Source of the DNA: Raillietiella orientalis
Taxonomy: Eukaryota
Assembly: GCA_036172245.1 (NCBI GenBank)
Contig: JAYWIR010000021.1
Coordinates: 3,286,001 to 3,350,000, forward strand
DNA: 64,000 bases
Direction: 5' to 3'
Shown: positions 40,276 to 51,700 of the stretch, piece after piece
How positions within the stretch are numbered: position 1 is the first letter of the stretch
Layout: every line of letters starts with the position of its first letter
Program-made: the position numbers and the translations under genes
The notes under the pieces: generated by a model
Told to the model about the DNA's origin: nothing
Databases searched by the model: none
What the model saw: the letters and a program-made list of their open reading frames with translations, nothing else

Positions 40276-40497
40276 TGTGATCCCTTCCCGTACCCTCCCA
40301 CTTTTTCTTTTCTTTTTGTTTTGCTTTTTGTTTATCCCCCTTCCCCCTGCTGCCGTGGTGGACCGTACCGGTCTGCGAACCGGTGACCCGGCAGGCTCTG
40401 TGTTTCTTCGTGCGTGGCTGGAGGAATGGTCCAGCCACCGCACGTCTTTGTAAAAGTTTATTTTACAATAAACGCCCCGGCGAAATCCGGGTGAAAA
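40276..40497 (+). mobile_element. Family A isolated 3' UTR/terminus
   Basis: TGATCCCTTCC, T tract, CTGCCG...CGGCAG module (40350-40394), a hairpin at ~40410-40443, AATAAA (40467-40472), a CCCGG...CCGGG hairpin and GAAAA. Confidence 0.8.
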
Positions 40498-40605
40498 TCG
40501 AACGCCTTGTGCGCTCTAGGGCGGACGTGTTTTCTCGGTGCTCCCCGTGCCAGGAAGTCTCCCTCAGTGCTCGCGTTAAGTGGTTCGGTGGTCGATCAGG
40601 CAGCG

Positions 40606-41556
40606 ATGCCTGAAACGACCACCAGGGAAGGCCAGGGGGCAGCGGAAACGTCGTCCCCAGAGGCGATGGAGGTGGAGGCATCCGCCCCTACAGAATCGGT
40701 CCCCGCTGCAGCGCGGGAGTGGAGCGCCGTTGTGGCGGCACCATCGCCTGCAGCCGCGGCGGAATTGTCAGCCTACGTGGAGGAGGGGTATAAGCCCTCA
40801 TTGCTCTACAAGGTAGGCAATTTATATTCTCCAGAGAGTGCGCGCGCCTTTTCGAAGGGAATGCGCGCTCTCGATGTCAAAGAGGAGGAGCTCAGGGCTA
40901 TGACCATCCGCAGCGGGGGTCAGTACGTTGAGGTCATCTGCAAACAAGCAGAGCTGGCCCAACGACTGTTAAAAACCCCCGTGGTGATGGGGACGCGCAG
41001 GCTCCTCCCCATTACGGTGAACCGCAGCATGCTGGTCCACTTGTTAGGTGTTACCGCGCGGATGCGCAAGGAACAGGTTCGTGCCGCGTTGGAGGAATAC
41101 GGAACGGTCCACGCGCAGTGGTCGAAAGTTAGTCCTTTTGAGGACTACACAAGATTACAACACGGCCTCACGGCTGCCTGCGTAACCGTTCGGGAGGGCT
41201 GCACTCTTCCCCACAAACTGGTAGTCGGCGGCGAAACCGTCGACCTCTGGTATGTGGGGAAGCCCAAATACTGCGGCTTCTGCAATACGTCGGGCCACCT
41301 CAAAAATAGGTGTCCCAACGTGCAGTGCCAGGTGTGCGGGACGATGGGCCACACGCGGGAGGTGTGCCCAAAAGCAGCTGTACGGGTGGTTTCCAAGAGA
41401 AACCTTAAAAAACGCGCCCGGCTGCTGCAGAAAAGGCTAGCGGAGAAAGCTGCCGCGATGGCTTTGCCACCCGCGCCCAAGGCCCATGCCTCACCCGAGA
41501 CCCCGGCGAACAACGCTGAAAAGGTCGAGGGAAACGGCCAGGAGCTTGATTGGTAG
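40606..41556 (+). CDS. Family A ORF1, gag-like protein with two CCHC zinc knuckles (316 aa open; probably truncated)
   Basis: ATG at 40606. Contains 'WSAVVAA', 'ALEEYGTV', CGFCNTSGHLKNRC and CQVCGTMGHTREVC, and is homologous to the ORF at 63451. Lys-rich text continues past the stop to an antisense family A 3' end at ~41670. Confidence 0.85.
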   Translation: MPETTTREGQGAAETSSPEAMEVEASAPTESVPAAAREWSAVVAAPSPAAAAELSAYVEEGYKPSLLYKVGNLYSPESARAFSKGMRALDVKEEELRAMTIRSGGQYVEVICKQAELAQRLLKTPVVMGTRRLLPITVNRSMLVHLLGVTARMRKEQVRAALEEYGTVHAQWSKVSPFEDYTRLQHGLTAACVTVREGCTLPHKLVVGGETVDLWYVGKPKYCGFCNTSGHLKNRCPNVQCQVCGTMGHTREVCPKAAVRVVSKRNLKKRARLLQKRLAEKAAAMALPPAPKAHASPETPANNAEKVEGNGQELDW

Positions 41557-41669
41557 GTGGCAATAGCCAAATAAAGTAAGAAAAAGTAAGCGAAGATTAG
41601 AGAAAAAGCTCGCATACCGCCAGAAGAAAGAGCAGGCAAGCAAGCAAATTAAAAAATGCAGCGTTGTAG

Positions 41670-43683
41670 TTTATTATCCGGTTGCGCCGGGACGTTTATT
41701 AATAGAAACATCTGGGAACTGAGTTCCCAGGCAGAGGAACAGAAAATTGGGAGGAGGGTTCCCGGCACGCAGGCCGGGCACACTGAGATTTCGGAACGGG
41801 AGGGAGGGGACAATAAATAAAGAAATTGGGTGGGAGGGTGGGGATAGGGGTATGCAGTTTAGCCGTTCCGATTCTCAGAACCGGCGGTGAATGCCGCCAA
41901 TTTCCGTCCTCACTTCTGCACCAAGGTGTGGCCCCCCGGCAGACTGTTGCAGGTTGCAGGCTGCAGTGTCGGCGACCGATGTTGGGACTGCTCGCATCTG
42001 CAATACGTGACGGGCCCTGACAATGGCGCGGACGCAGCAGATGATTGCGACGACCGCTCCAAGAGAAAGACCGCCACGCGTGTAGAAGCGGCGCATCCAA
42101 TCCAGTGCGGTGTGTCCAGGGTGCAGGAGCGCTGAAGACAGCCGCCGCCACAGCTCCTGGAGGGCACCGTACTCAAACAGCAAATGCGGAAGCGATTCCA
42201 CCGCTCCGCATGTTGCACAGTTCGGGGACGCAACTACCCCGGAAACCAGGTGCGCGCGCTGGTTGCAGTACAAACCCCAATGCACCAGCAGAAAAGCATC
42301 CTGTTTCCACTGAAGAGGAAAGACAGCCGCGTCCAAGCACTCAGAAGGGACCACAAGTTCTTCGGTGGGCACCCCGAGGAGCTTGCTCCACCGGAGAAGT
42401 CCCTTGGCACGAAGACGAGGTGTGGCAGCGTTTGCCAGCTCGCAAGTCCTCCAGCCGCCCAGCAGTCGGGTTTCGCCTGCGATTTTGCAAGCGACCTCCC
42501 ACCTCGCCGGTAGGTCACTGTCGTCTCGCACCATCAGTGCAGACAGTGCTTTAGCGAGGGGCGAAGCGGCTAGGCGTGTCCATTGGTCCTGGTCTTCCAG
42601 CACCTCCCCCACTGGACAGTATGGGGAAAGGTTTACGCAACGGAGTTCCAAACGGGACACATCCTGTTGCTCTGCCCAGGACGATAAGGTTTCCTGCCTC
42701 CAGGAGTTGAAGTTCATCGGCCGGCAGGAGATCCACGAATGCTTTCCCAGAAGCGAGGAAAGCTGCTTCAGAGGGAAGTCGGATCCTCTCTGGACGCGCT
42801 GCGTGCGCAGGTGCAACGAACGCAGTCCGTCGCCATTCGTGCAGCGCTGCAGCAGCAGCCGTGCTGGAGCACACCAGGGAGTAGTCCAAAGCTGGGCGCA
42901 AAGTGCCAGCATGCGGAACTGCACTAGCAGTCCGATCCGCTCCAGAGTCAGGATGCCCAATCCTGCATCCCGCCGAGGAGCCGCCAAGTCCTTGAGGCGT
43001 ATCCTGGACCTCGCCGGTCCCCACAAGGCGTTTCTCAACAGGCGTTGCGCCTGACGCTTAGCCGGATAGGGAGGGGGACAAACAAAAAAGAGGGTACGGA
43101 GGAGGGGGCAACGAAGATGTTCCACACGAAGGCCCGTTCCGACAGGAGAAACCTGTCGCATTGGAACGGGCCCAGAGCAGTCTCGGCCTTGTGAAGGCAG
43201 TCCGACCACGCTTCTGCTGGACAGAAGGCGCCCAAGGGAACGCCAAGGTACTTCAAGCACCTGCCCGTGGGGGTCCTCAGGTGGATCCAGTCGGACTGCC
43301 CCTCCCACGACGCACCCACCGGCACGACGGAGCACTTCACCCTGTTAACGCTCGTGCCCGCTTCACGACGGATCAGCTCAAAGAAGTCTTAGACCGAGTC
43401 CGGCGGAGTGGACATGGGCAACAGAAGCAGAAGGTCGTCGGCGTATGCTGCCGCGGACGGAGTGCACGGAGAGGAGCTGGGCAGGACGGCCAGCGTCAGC
43501 CTGTACGCTTTCAGCACCAACTCAAAGTAGATGCTGAAGAGCAACGGGCTTAAGCTGTCGCCCTGTCTTATGCCTCTGCGCACGGCCACGCCGTACACGC
43601 GGGAGCCACTGAAATGCAAGTTGATAAGCGCGTGGCGCCAGCAGGAGCGCAAGTACAGGAGAAGTTGGGTCGGAAGCCCGACA
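41670..43683 (-). mobile_element. Family A 5'-truncated copy: RT C-half, post-RT region, zinc-finger-like motif, 3' UTR
   Basis: GIRQGDSLSPLLF, AAYADDLL, LKYLGVPLG and 'CATCGAVESLPHLLFE'. It ends AATAAACGTCCCGGCGCAACCGGATAATAAA (41700-41670). Confidence 0.9.
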
Positions 43684-43685
43684 CG

Positions 43686-44930
43686 GCTCCTCGCCATAAG
43701 AGCGACCGGCTGCGAAGGATTGTCCTCGATCCTCGTGGCCTACCAGCGCAGCCTCTGCAACAACTGTGGCTTTCATCTGCGCTAGATGACCATCTGCCAG
43801 GCAAAATACCTGGATCTCCTGTCTCCCAGCGAACTGCACTTCCTGGCTTCAGGAGTCAGTCTCCGCGTGGACTAAGATCAACGACACGAGCGAGGCGGAA
43901 TACAACTGCCTCCGACGAGGACCGTACGCTCGACAGCCGCTGCAGGATATTATCAACACGCCCCGGAAGTTTCTGTGGGCTTCTTTCACCCCCCTTGCCC
44001 CCGTTCTGTCCTCCTTGAAGAACATTAGGAGCAGTAACGAGGAAGCATCGTGGGAAGTGTCCTGCCTCATCCGAGGCAGGAGAAAACCTTTAAAGGCGTG
44101 GACGACTCGGGAGCTAGCGGACGCTGCCACCCCGAGCGTTTCGCCTCACGGATTTGCGCGCTGGGGAGAGCTGCTCGCAATACCTCCGGATGTGCTGAAG
44201 TGGCCCCCGGTGTTGTTTGAATCAAGGATCCTGCCCCTTAAGTGGCAAGAATCGGCGCTGCTACTGTTGCATTGGGGTTTACCCTGCAACGCACGCCGCT
44301 TCCACTGGACAAGGGGAGCGGTGGATCCTCATTGTGCCAGGTGCGGAGAGCGGGAATCGCTCTCCCACCTACTTGTTGAATGTGCTGCCCTCCGTCCCCT
44401 GTGGGAACGGTTTGGGACGACCCTAGGTCTCCCGGTGGGCAGCCAACCCAGAGACGTTCTCCGTCTTCTCTTCGTGCGGGACGCCCTTCAGCCAGCTGCA
44501 GCCGTGGCAGCACTCTGCTGTATCCGAGGCATCGTGGAGGCCTGGAGCGATACCAGCGACGAAGGAGTGGATTCAAACGCGATGGCTGTCATTCCGTATG
44601 CTGTTCGCTTCCTGAGGAGAGCTATTGGATGGCCCCAGCTGAAATTTTGAAGAAGGACCTCGAGGGTATCCTACTAAGGATGGACCCTCCTTCCAATGGA
44701 CTCTGATCCCTTCCCTTCCCTCCAAAAACTGTTTTCTTTTTTTTTTTTTTGGTTTATTTTTTTTTTTTGTTTTTCTCCCCATCTCCTTACACTGCCGAGG
44801 AGAGTCACACTGAGCTGCGTCCCGGTGTCCCGGCAGGTCCGGCATTAAGTGGCCGTTAGTGGGGCCTTGTACCACGTACTGTAATGACGAATGAAGCGTT
44901 TTTTTTAATAAACGTCCCGGAGCACCCAGG
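43686..44930 (+). mobile_element. Family A 5'-truncated copy: post-RT region plus 3' UTR
   Basis: ORF 44015-44650 with 'CARCGERESLSHLLVEC', 3'-UTR module at 44792-44836 and AATAAACGTCCCGG at 44907. Confidence 0.9.
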
Positions 44931-45019
44931 AGGCATCGCCGAAAGTCGGCGGGGATCTGGGGGGATGAAGGAGGGCCAAGGCTATTTGCGTGGGTTGTTC
45001 ACCATCCATTGCAGGGGCT

Positions 45020-46420
45020 AGCCAGTGTGAGGTTCCTTGTCGGGTGCAGGCGGATTCCGCCTCGCTCGAGCCGTCGATTTTTCCCCATGCGCACCCTGAT
45101 CTCCTGAAGCAAGACAGTACAGTTCGCATGGAGGCAGTAGATTCACGTGTTGTTTTCCATGGGAGCAACCGTGTGGTGCAGCTGATGGCCGCAATAGCCC
45201 AGGCTGCTCTCGTAGGCAACGGCGATCGAAGGCAATCCTTCGCTGCCTTTCGCTCGCGAGGGCTTTTGCGGGTTCGCACCGTGGCGTAGTCCGCAACTCC
45301 ACCGCAAGGGCGAGTTTTTGAAACTATGGCTGTCGTTCCATGTACCACAGAGTTAGGAGGCCCAATCCTCCATCCCTGCATAAAACGCACAAGTCTTTGA
45401 ACCGGATACCGGTCCTCGCTGTGCGCCACAGGTCTTTCCTCAGAAGATCGTCGATTTGCATTTTTGTTACGGGGGGGGGCGGGGCAAACTAAAGTGATGG
45501 GCAATGGAGGGAGCTTGCAACCGGTGCAGGAGGTCATCGGCATAGGCCGACACGGCAGGCGTGCCGGGACGCGAGCTCGCCAGAGTTACCAGAGTCTCCC
45601 TGTGTGCTCTCAGCGCCAACTCAAAGTAGACGCTGAAGAGCAGGCGGCACAGCCTGCACCCCTGCCTTATGCCATGCCGAACTGACGCGGCGCACACGTG
45701 TTGGCTGCGGAAACAAATATTCATGAGCGCGTGGCGCCAGCAAAATCGCTGATTAACACGAATGGCAGCCGAAAATCACGTGCGCTTAAGGAGTTGCAGA
45801 GGAAGTTCCTGGTCGACGCAGGGGAATGCTTTACGCAAATCGCCCGCGACTGCAAGGGCTCCTCCTCCTTGGCCTTCCCCTCCTTGGTCAAAGGAAACTC
45901 GGGATCCTCTTGACCTGTCTGACCTTCGCGCTATAGCAACTGCCACCATAGTTCGTGAGGGAACCGCGTAATTGGGCTCCGGACTGAACACAGATTCCGC
46001 CACCCGCCCTAGTCGCTCATCCCACAAATTGGCATGCAACTTCCCGTCCGCATTCAGAAGACTAATGGGCCGTAGTTGCCTACGTTGCGTAAGTCTCCTC
46101 CTTTCGGGAGGAGACGTACTCTAGCCTACAGGGACGAGTTGGGAACGTCCCCTCGTTCGCGGATCAGCATGGCTAGTTTCAGCACCAGGGGGACCAGCTC
46201 TGCCGCGAAGCAAGGGTGAAACTCAGCGGGCAGACCGTCTATCCCTGATGACTTTCGTTTTTTCAGCTTTCCGATGGCGGAGATGATCTTCGGCATCGAG
46301 AAAGGCTCCTGGAGGTGGTTCCTAATCTCATCTCTCAACGCTGAGGCGCCATCTGGCAGCAATCGCTGCGCAAAGGAGCACTCGGCTCCTGCTCTCGTGT
46401 AAAGTGAGCAGTAAAGAAAC
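45020..46420 (-). mobile_element. Family A RT domain fragment, internally deleted and frameshifted
   Basis: 'KSSGIDGLPAEF', 'RPISLLNADGKL', 'GDLRKAFPCVDQ', 'GIRQGCRL' and 'SAYADDLL', then post-RT sequence homologous to 43690-43880. Confidence 0.85.
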
Positions 46421-46499
46421 ACACAATATGCGGTTTACCTGCGCTGAGGCTAAGCATTCCCAGCCTTCGGCGTCCTGCAACCTAGACGACCCGGATTGC

Positions 46500-47385
46500 T
46501 AGGTGTATCTTTCGGCCCCAGCTCTTGGTTACGCTAGTCGTCGGACGTCCATTGCTGGAGTAGAGACGGACCTGTTTGTGTGCGATTTGAGGAAGCAGAG
46601 GGCCTACCTCTGCTTCCTCAAACACACCGGACTTACTAACGGCCACACAACTCCGGACCTGCCGGTAAGCCGGGACGCAGCCCGGAGTGACTCTCCTCGG
46701 CAGTGGAAGGGGATGGGGGAGAGAAACAAAAAGAAAAACAAAAAGTAAAAAAAAGCAAAAAGTTTGGAGGGAGGGGAAGGGATCACTGTTCACTTTGAGG
46801 TGGGCCCATCCTTCGCAGGATGCCCTTGAGGTCCATCTGCATTTGTCCCAGCTGGTGCCATCCTGTGGCAGCCACTGCGGTGGATGGTAAACAACCCACG
46901 CAAATTGCCTTGGCCCTCCTTCATCCCCCTAGCTCCCGTGCTGCCCTTCCTCTAAAACGCTGGAGACAGAAACGAACGAGCGTCGTGGGAAGTGTCCTGC
47001 CTCATTGGAGACAGGAAAAAACTAATGATGGCGTGGAAAACTCGGCAGGTAATGGACACTGCGACCCCGAGTGTCGCGTATAAAGAACTCATGCGCAGGA
47101 GCGAGAAGCTCGGAGTACAACCGGGGGAGGTGAAGTGGCCCCCAGCATATTGGAACAGTGCTACCCTTTTAATGAAGTGGCAAGAGATGGCGTTTCTATT
47201 CCTGCATGGGGGAATCCTATGCAGAGCAAGCCTGTCGCACTGGATAGTAGGGAGCGAGGCTGCCCGTTATGCAGAGTGTGGTGGAAGGGGAACCTTCCCG
47301 CATCTCGTATTCGACTGCGTCGTTCTCCGTGAACTTTGCGATCGATTCTTGTCCATTGTGAATCTTCCAGCCCTTAAAATATTTT
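46500..47385. mobile_element. Family A short copy with inverted 5' segment
   Basis: 46500-46953 is a minus-strand ORF2 end plus 3' UTR module (46659-46703). 46958-47385 is a plus-strand piece of the upstream ORF2 region ('WEVSC...CGGRGTFPHLVFDC'). Confidence 0.75.
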
Positions 47386-48216
47386 ACTGCCCTCTTCAAA
47401 CGTAATGCTCTGCCCTACGCTGCGTCTCTAGCACTTCTCTGCTGTGGACGCGGAAAAGTGGAAACGTGGAACGCCAAAAAAGAAGACAAAAAAGCAGGGA
47501 TGCAATGCACTCGACAACGATCTTTTTCGAGAGCGTGTCAAAATCATCACCACATAGGAGAAATTTCAAAGCAGCCATCGTCAGTATCCTGAACAGGATG
47601 TCGAGGTCCGATCCAGGCAAACAGTGGTCCACTGCCATACCTACATTCCCCAAGAAACAACCCCTTCAACCCAATTTTCCATTCCTTTGGTTTATTTTCC
47701 TTTCGGTTCTCCCTTCCGTTTAGGCGAAGGAGAGGACCTCACCAGTCTCTGCACTCGTACATGGCAACTCTCCTGAAACTGGCAGCACCAAATGTGCAAC
47801 CACGAAAACCATATGACGACCATATTGTTTCATTCCCAAGTGTTTTCAATTTCAACAAGGAATGCCCCGGAAAATATGCATGATCAACGTCTCTGTTGAC
47901 AGAAACCATGACGATTTCAGATAAAAAAAAAAAAATCACAATATGAGGATGAACAAAATAAAGGGCGAATCATGCGCAAAAGAACGCCCAACAAAACCAC
48001 AACCATGGAAACCACATATCCCACCATCAGTTATCACCTCATTTTCAAAAGACAACATTCAACATTGTGAGCACGAAGTGCGCTGCATAGTGAAGACAAA
48101 AGTGCAACGCAGAAGCAGAAGAGCAGTCCGCAACTTGGGGAAGCATACATTCGAGGTCACATAAAACGAAAACAACCTCCCATTCCCATCCACTACAGCG
48201 AAACTACCGAATCCAA

Positions 48217-48756
48217 GTGAAGGTAGGCCACTCGGAACAGTTGGTTCGTTCGCTTCACTTCTGGATCTATCCTTCACACACGTCGATCTCTCCACCCCGA
48301 CCACGCGGTTTCGCTTCCGCTGCTCCCTCCAGGACCAATCCTTGGCCTCCATGACCATCGGAAATGAACATCCCCAGGTCCTCCCCGTCTCCCTCCATCC
48401 TCGTGGACATGCGGAATTTATTTCGTTTCGATTTCCCCAATTTGTCTTCTTGTTATCAAGCTCGATTTTGTGGATGCGGCATTGCGATGCCTCTGGCATC
48501 ATATTCCACAGTTTCTGCCTCCTTTTTCCCCCGCGGCATCCCAAGGCCTGGAAAGCATTCCAGCCAGCGGTCACCAACGTCATTTCATGGTTTTGTAAAG
48601 ATTTCGATCGGTTCTCCGAAGGAAGGGGATTTTCTTGAAAAATGAATGTGCATCTGCGAGATCTTCGTGTTCCTCCCGATTGCACACAGCATCGGTTGTC
48701 TGGGGAACAATCGACCTGTCTTTCTTTACATCGGTGCCCTCAACATTTCCAGGTGG

Positions 48757-48787
<31 letters not shown>

Positions 48788-51700
48788 AAAAGCAACAGAA
48801 GGAAAAACACTCCTCATCCACCTCTGGAAGCAGCGGGATCAGGATATATCCATCCCTGGAGACAGCCACAAGACGGCAAACTGTAGTGAAGGTAGGCAAC
48901 TTGGAACAGTTGGTTCGTTCGCTTCACTTCTGGATCCATCCTTCACACCCGTCGATCTGTCCACCCCGACCACGCGGTTTCGCTTCCGCTGCTCCCTCCA
49001 GGACCAATCCTTGGCCTCCATGACCATCGGAAATGAACATCCCCAGGTCCTCCCCGTCTCCCTCCATCCTCGTGGACGTGAGGAATTTATTTCGTTTCGA
49101 TTTCCCCAGTTTGTCTTCTTGTTATGAGGTTCGATTTTGTGGATACGGAATTGCGATGCCTCTGGCATCATATTCCACAGTTTCTGCCTCCTTTTTCCCC
49201 CGCGGCATCCCAAGGCCTGGAAAGCATTCCAGCCAGCGGTCACCAACGTCATTACATGGTTTCGTAAAGATTTCGATCGGTTCTCCGAAGGAAGGGGATT
49301 TTCTTGAAAACTGAATGTGCATCTGCGAGATCTTCGTGCTCTTTTCGATTGCACACAGCATCGGTTGTCTGGGGAACAATCGACCTGTCTTTCTTTACAT
49401 CGGTGCCCTCAACATTTCCAGGTGGAAAAAAAAAAGAAAAAAAAAAAAAAAAAAAAAAAAAAAGCAACAGAAGGAAAAACACTCCTCATCCACCTCTGGA
49501 AGCAGCGGGATCAGGATATATCCATCCCTGGAGACAGCCACAAGACGACAACCGGTCGTGAAGGTAGGCCACTTGGAACAGTTGGTTCGTTCGCTTCACT
49601 TCTGGATCCATCCTTCACACCCGTAGATCTGTCCACCCCGACTACGCGGTTGCGCACCCGCTGCTCCCTCCAGGACCAATCCTTGCCCTCCATGACCATC
49701 GGAAATGAACATCCCCAGGTCCTCCCCGTCTCCCTCCATCCTCGTGGACGTTCGAAATTTATTTCGTTTCGATTTCCCCAATTTGTCTTCTTGTTATGAA
49801 GTTCGACTTTGTGGACGCGGCATTGCGATGCCTCTGGCATCATATTCCACAGTTTCTGCCTCCTTTTTCCCCCGCGGCATCCCAAGGCCTGGAAAGCATT
49901 CCAGAAAGCGGTCACCAACGTGATTTCATGGTTTTGTAAAGATTTCGATCGGTTCTCCGAAGGAAGGGGATTTTCTTGAAAAATGAATGTGCATCTGCGA
50001 GATCTTCGTGTTCCTCCCGATTGCACACAGCATCGGTTGTCTGGGGAACAATCGACCTGTCTTTCTTTACATCGGTGCCCTCAACATTTCCAGGTGGAAA
50101 AAAAAAAACAAAAAACAAAAAAAAGAAAAAAAAAAAAAAAAAAGCAACAGAAGGAAAAACACTCCTCATCCACCTCTGGAAGCAGCGGGATCAGCATATA
50201 TCCATCCCTGGAGACAGCCACAAGACGGCAAACTGTCGTGAAGGTAGGCCACTCGGAACAGTTGGTTCGTTCGCTTCACTTCTGGATCCATCCTTCACAC
50301 CCGTCGATCTGTCCACCCCGACCACGCGGTTTCGCTTCCGCTGCTCCCTCCAGGACCAATCCTTGGCCTCCATGACCATCGGAAATGAACGTCCCCAGGT
50401 CCTCCCCGTCTCCCTCCATCCTCGTAAACGTGCGGAATTTATTTCGTTTCGATTTCCCCAATTTGTCTTCTTGTTATCAAGGTCAATTTTGTGGATGCGG
50501 CATTGCGATGCCTCTGGCATCATATTCCACAGTTTCTGCCTCCTTTTTCCCCCACGGCATCCCAAGGCCTGGAAAGCATTCCAGCCAGCGGTCACCAACG
50601 TCATTTCATGGTTTCGTAAAGATTTCGATCGGTTCTCCGAAGGAAGGGGATTTTCTTGAAAAATGAATGTGCATCTGCGAGATCTTCGTGCTCTTTTCGA
50701 TTGCACACAGCATCGGTTGTCTGGGGAACAATCGACCTGTCTTTCTTTACATCGGTGCCCTCAACATTTCCAGGTGGAAAAAAAAAACAAAAAACAAAAA
50801 AAAGAAAAAAAAAAAAAAAAAAGCAACAGAAGGAAAAACAATCCTCATCCACCTCTGGAAGCAGCGGGATCAGCATATATCCATCCCTGGAGACAGCCAC
50901 AAGACGGCAAACTGTCGTGAAGGTAGGCCACTCGGAACAGTTGGTTCGTTCGCTTCACTTCTGGATCCATCCTTCACACCCGTCGATCTGTCCACCCCGA
51001 CCACGCGGTTTCGCTTCCGCTGCTCCCTCCAGGACCAATCCTTGGCCTCCATGACCATCGGAAATGAACATCCCCAGGTCCTCCCCGTCTCCCTCCATCC
51101 TCGTGGACGTGCGGAATTTATTTCGTTTCGATTTCCCCAGTTTGTCTTCTTGTTATGAGGTTCGATTTTGTGGATACGGAATTGCGATGCCTCTGGCATC
51201 ATATTCCACAGTTTCTGCCTCCTTTTTCCCCCGCGGCATCCCAAGGCCTGGAAAGCATTCCAGCCAGCGGTCACCAACGTCATTTCATGGTTTCGTAAAG
51301 ATTTCGATCGGTTCTCCGAAGGAAGGGGATTTTCTTGAAAAATGAATGTGCATCTGCGAGATCTTCGTGCTTTTTTCGATTGCACACAGCATCGGTTGTC
51401 TGGGGAACAATCGACCTGTCTTTCTTTACATCGGTGCCCTCAACATTTCCAGGTGGAAAAAAAAACAAAAAACAAAAAGAAAAAAAAAAAAAAAAGCAAC
51501 AGAAGGAAAAACACTCCTCATCCACCTCTGGAAGCAGCGGGATCAGCATATATCCATCCCTGGAGACAGCCACAAGACGGCAAACTGTCGTGAAGGTAGG
51601 CCACTCGGAACAGTTGGTTCGTTCGCTTCACTTCTGGATCCATCCTTCACACCCGTCGATCTGTCCACCCCGACCACGCGGTTTCGCTTCCGCTGCTCCC

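Noticed and set aside
41554..41655. Cluster of TAG/TAA codons after ORF1 suggesting a TAR=Gln code or RIP-like CpA mutation
   Set aside because: The peroxiredoxin terminates normally at TAA, and the effect is local rather than spread over the repeats. Decay or read error is enough.
43670..43700. Head-to-head family A junction as twin priming
   Set aside because: Both arms run to their own, different 3' UTRs and overlap in element coordinates, so they are two insertions.
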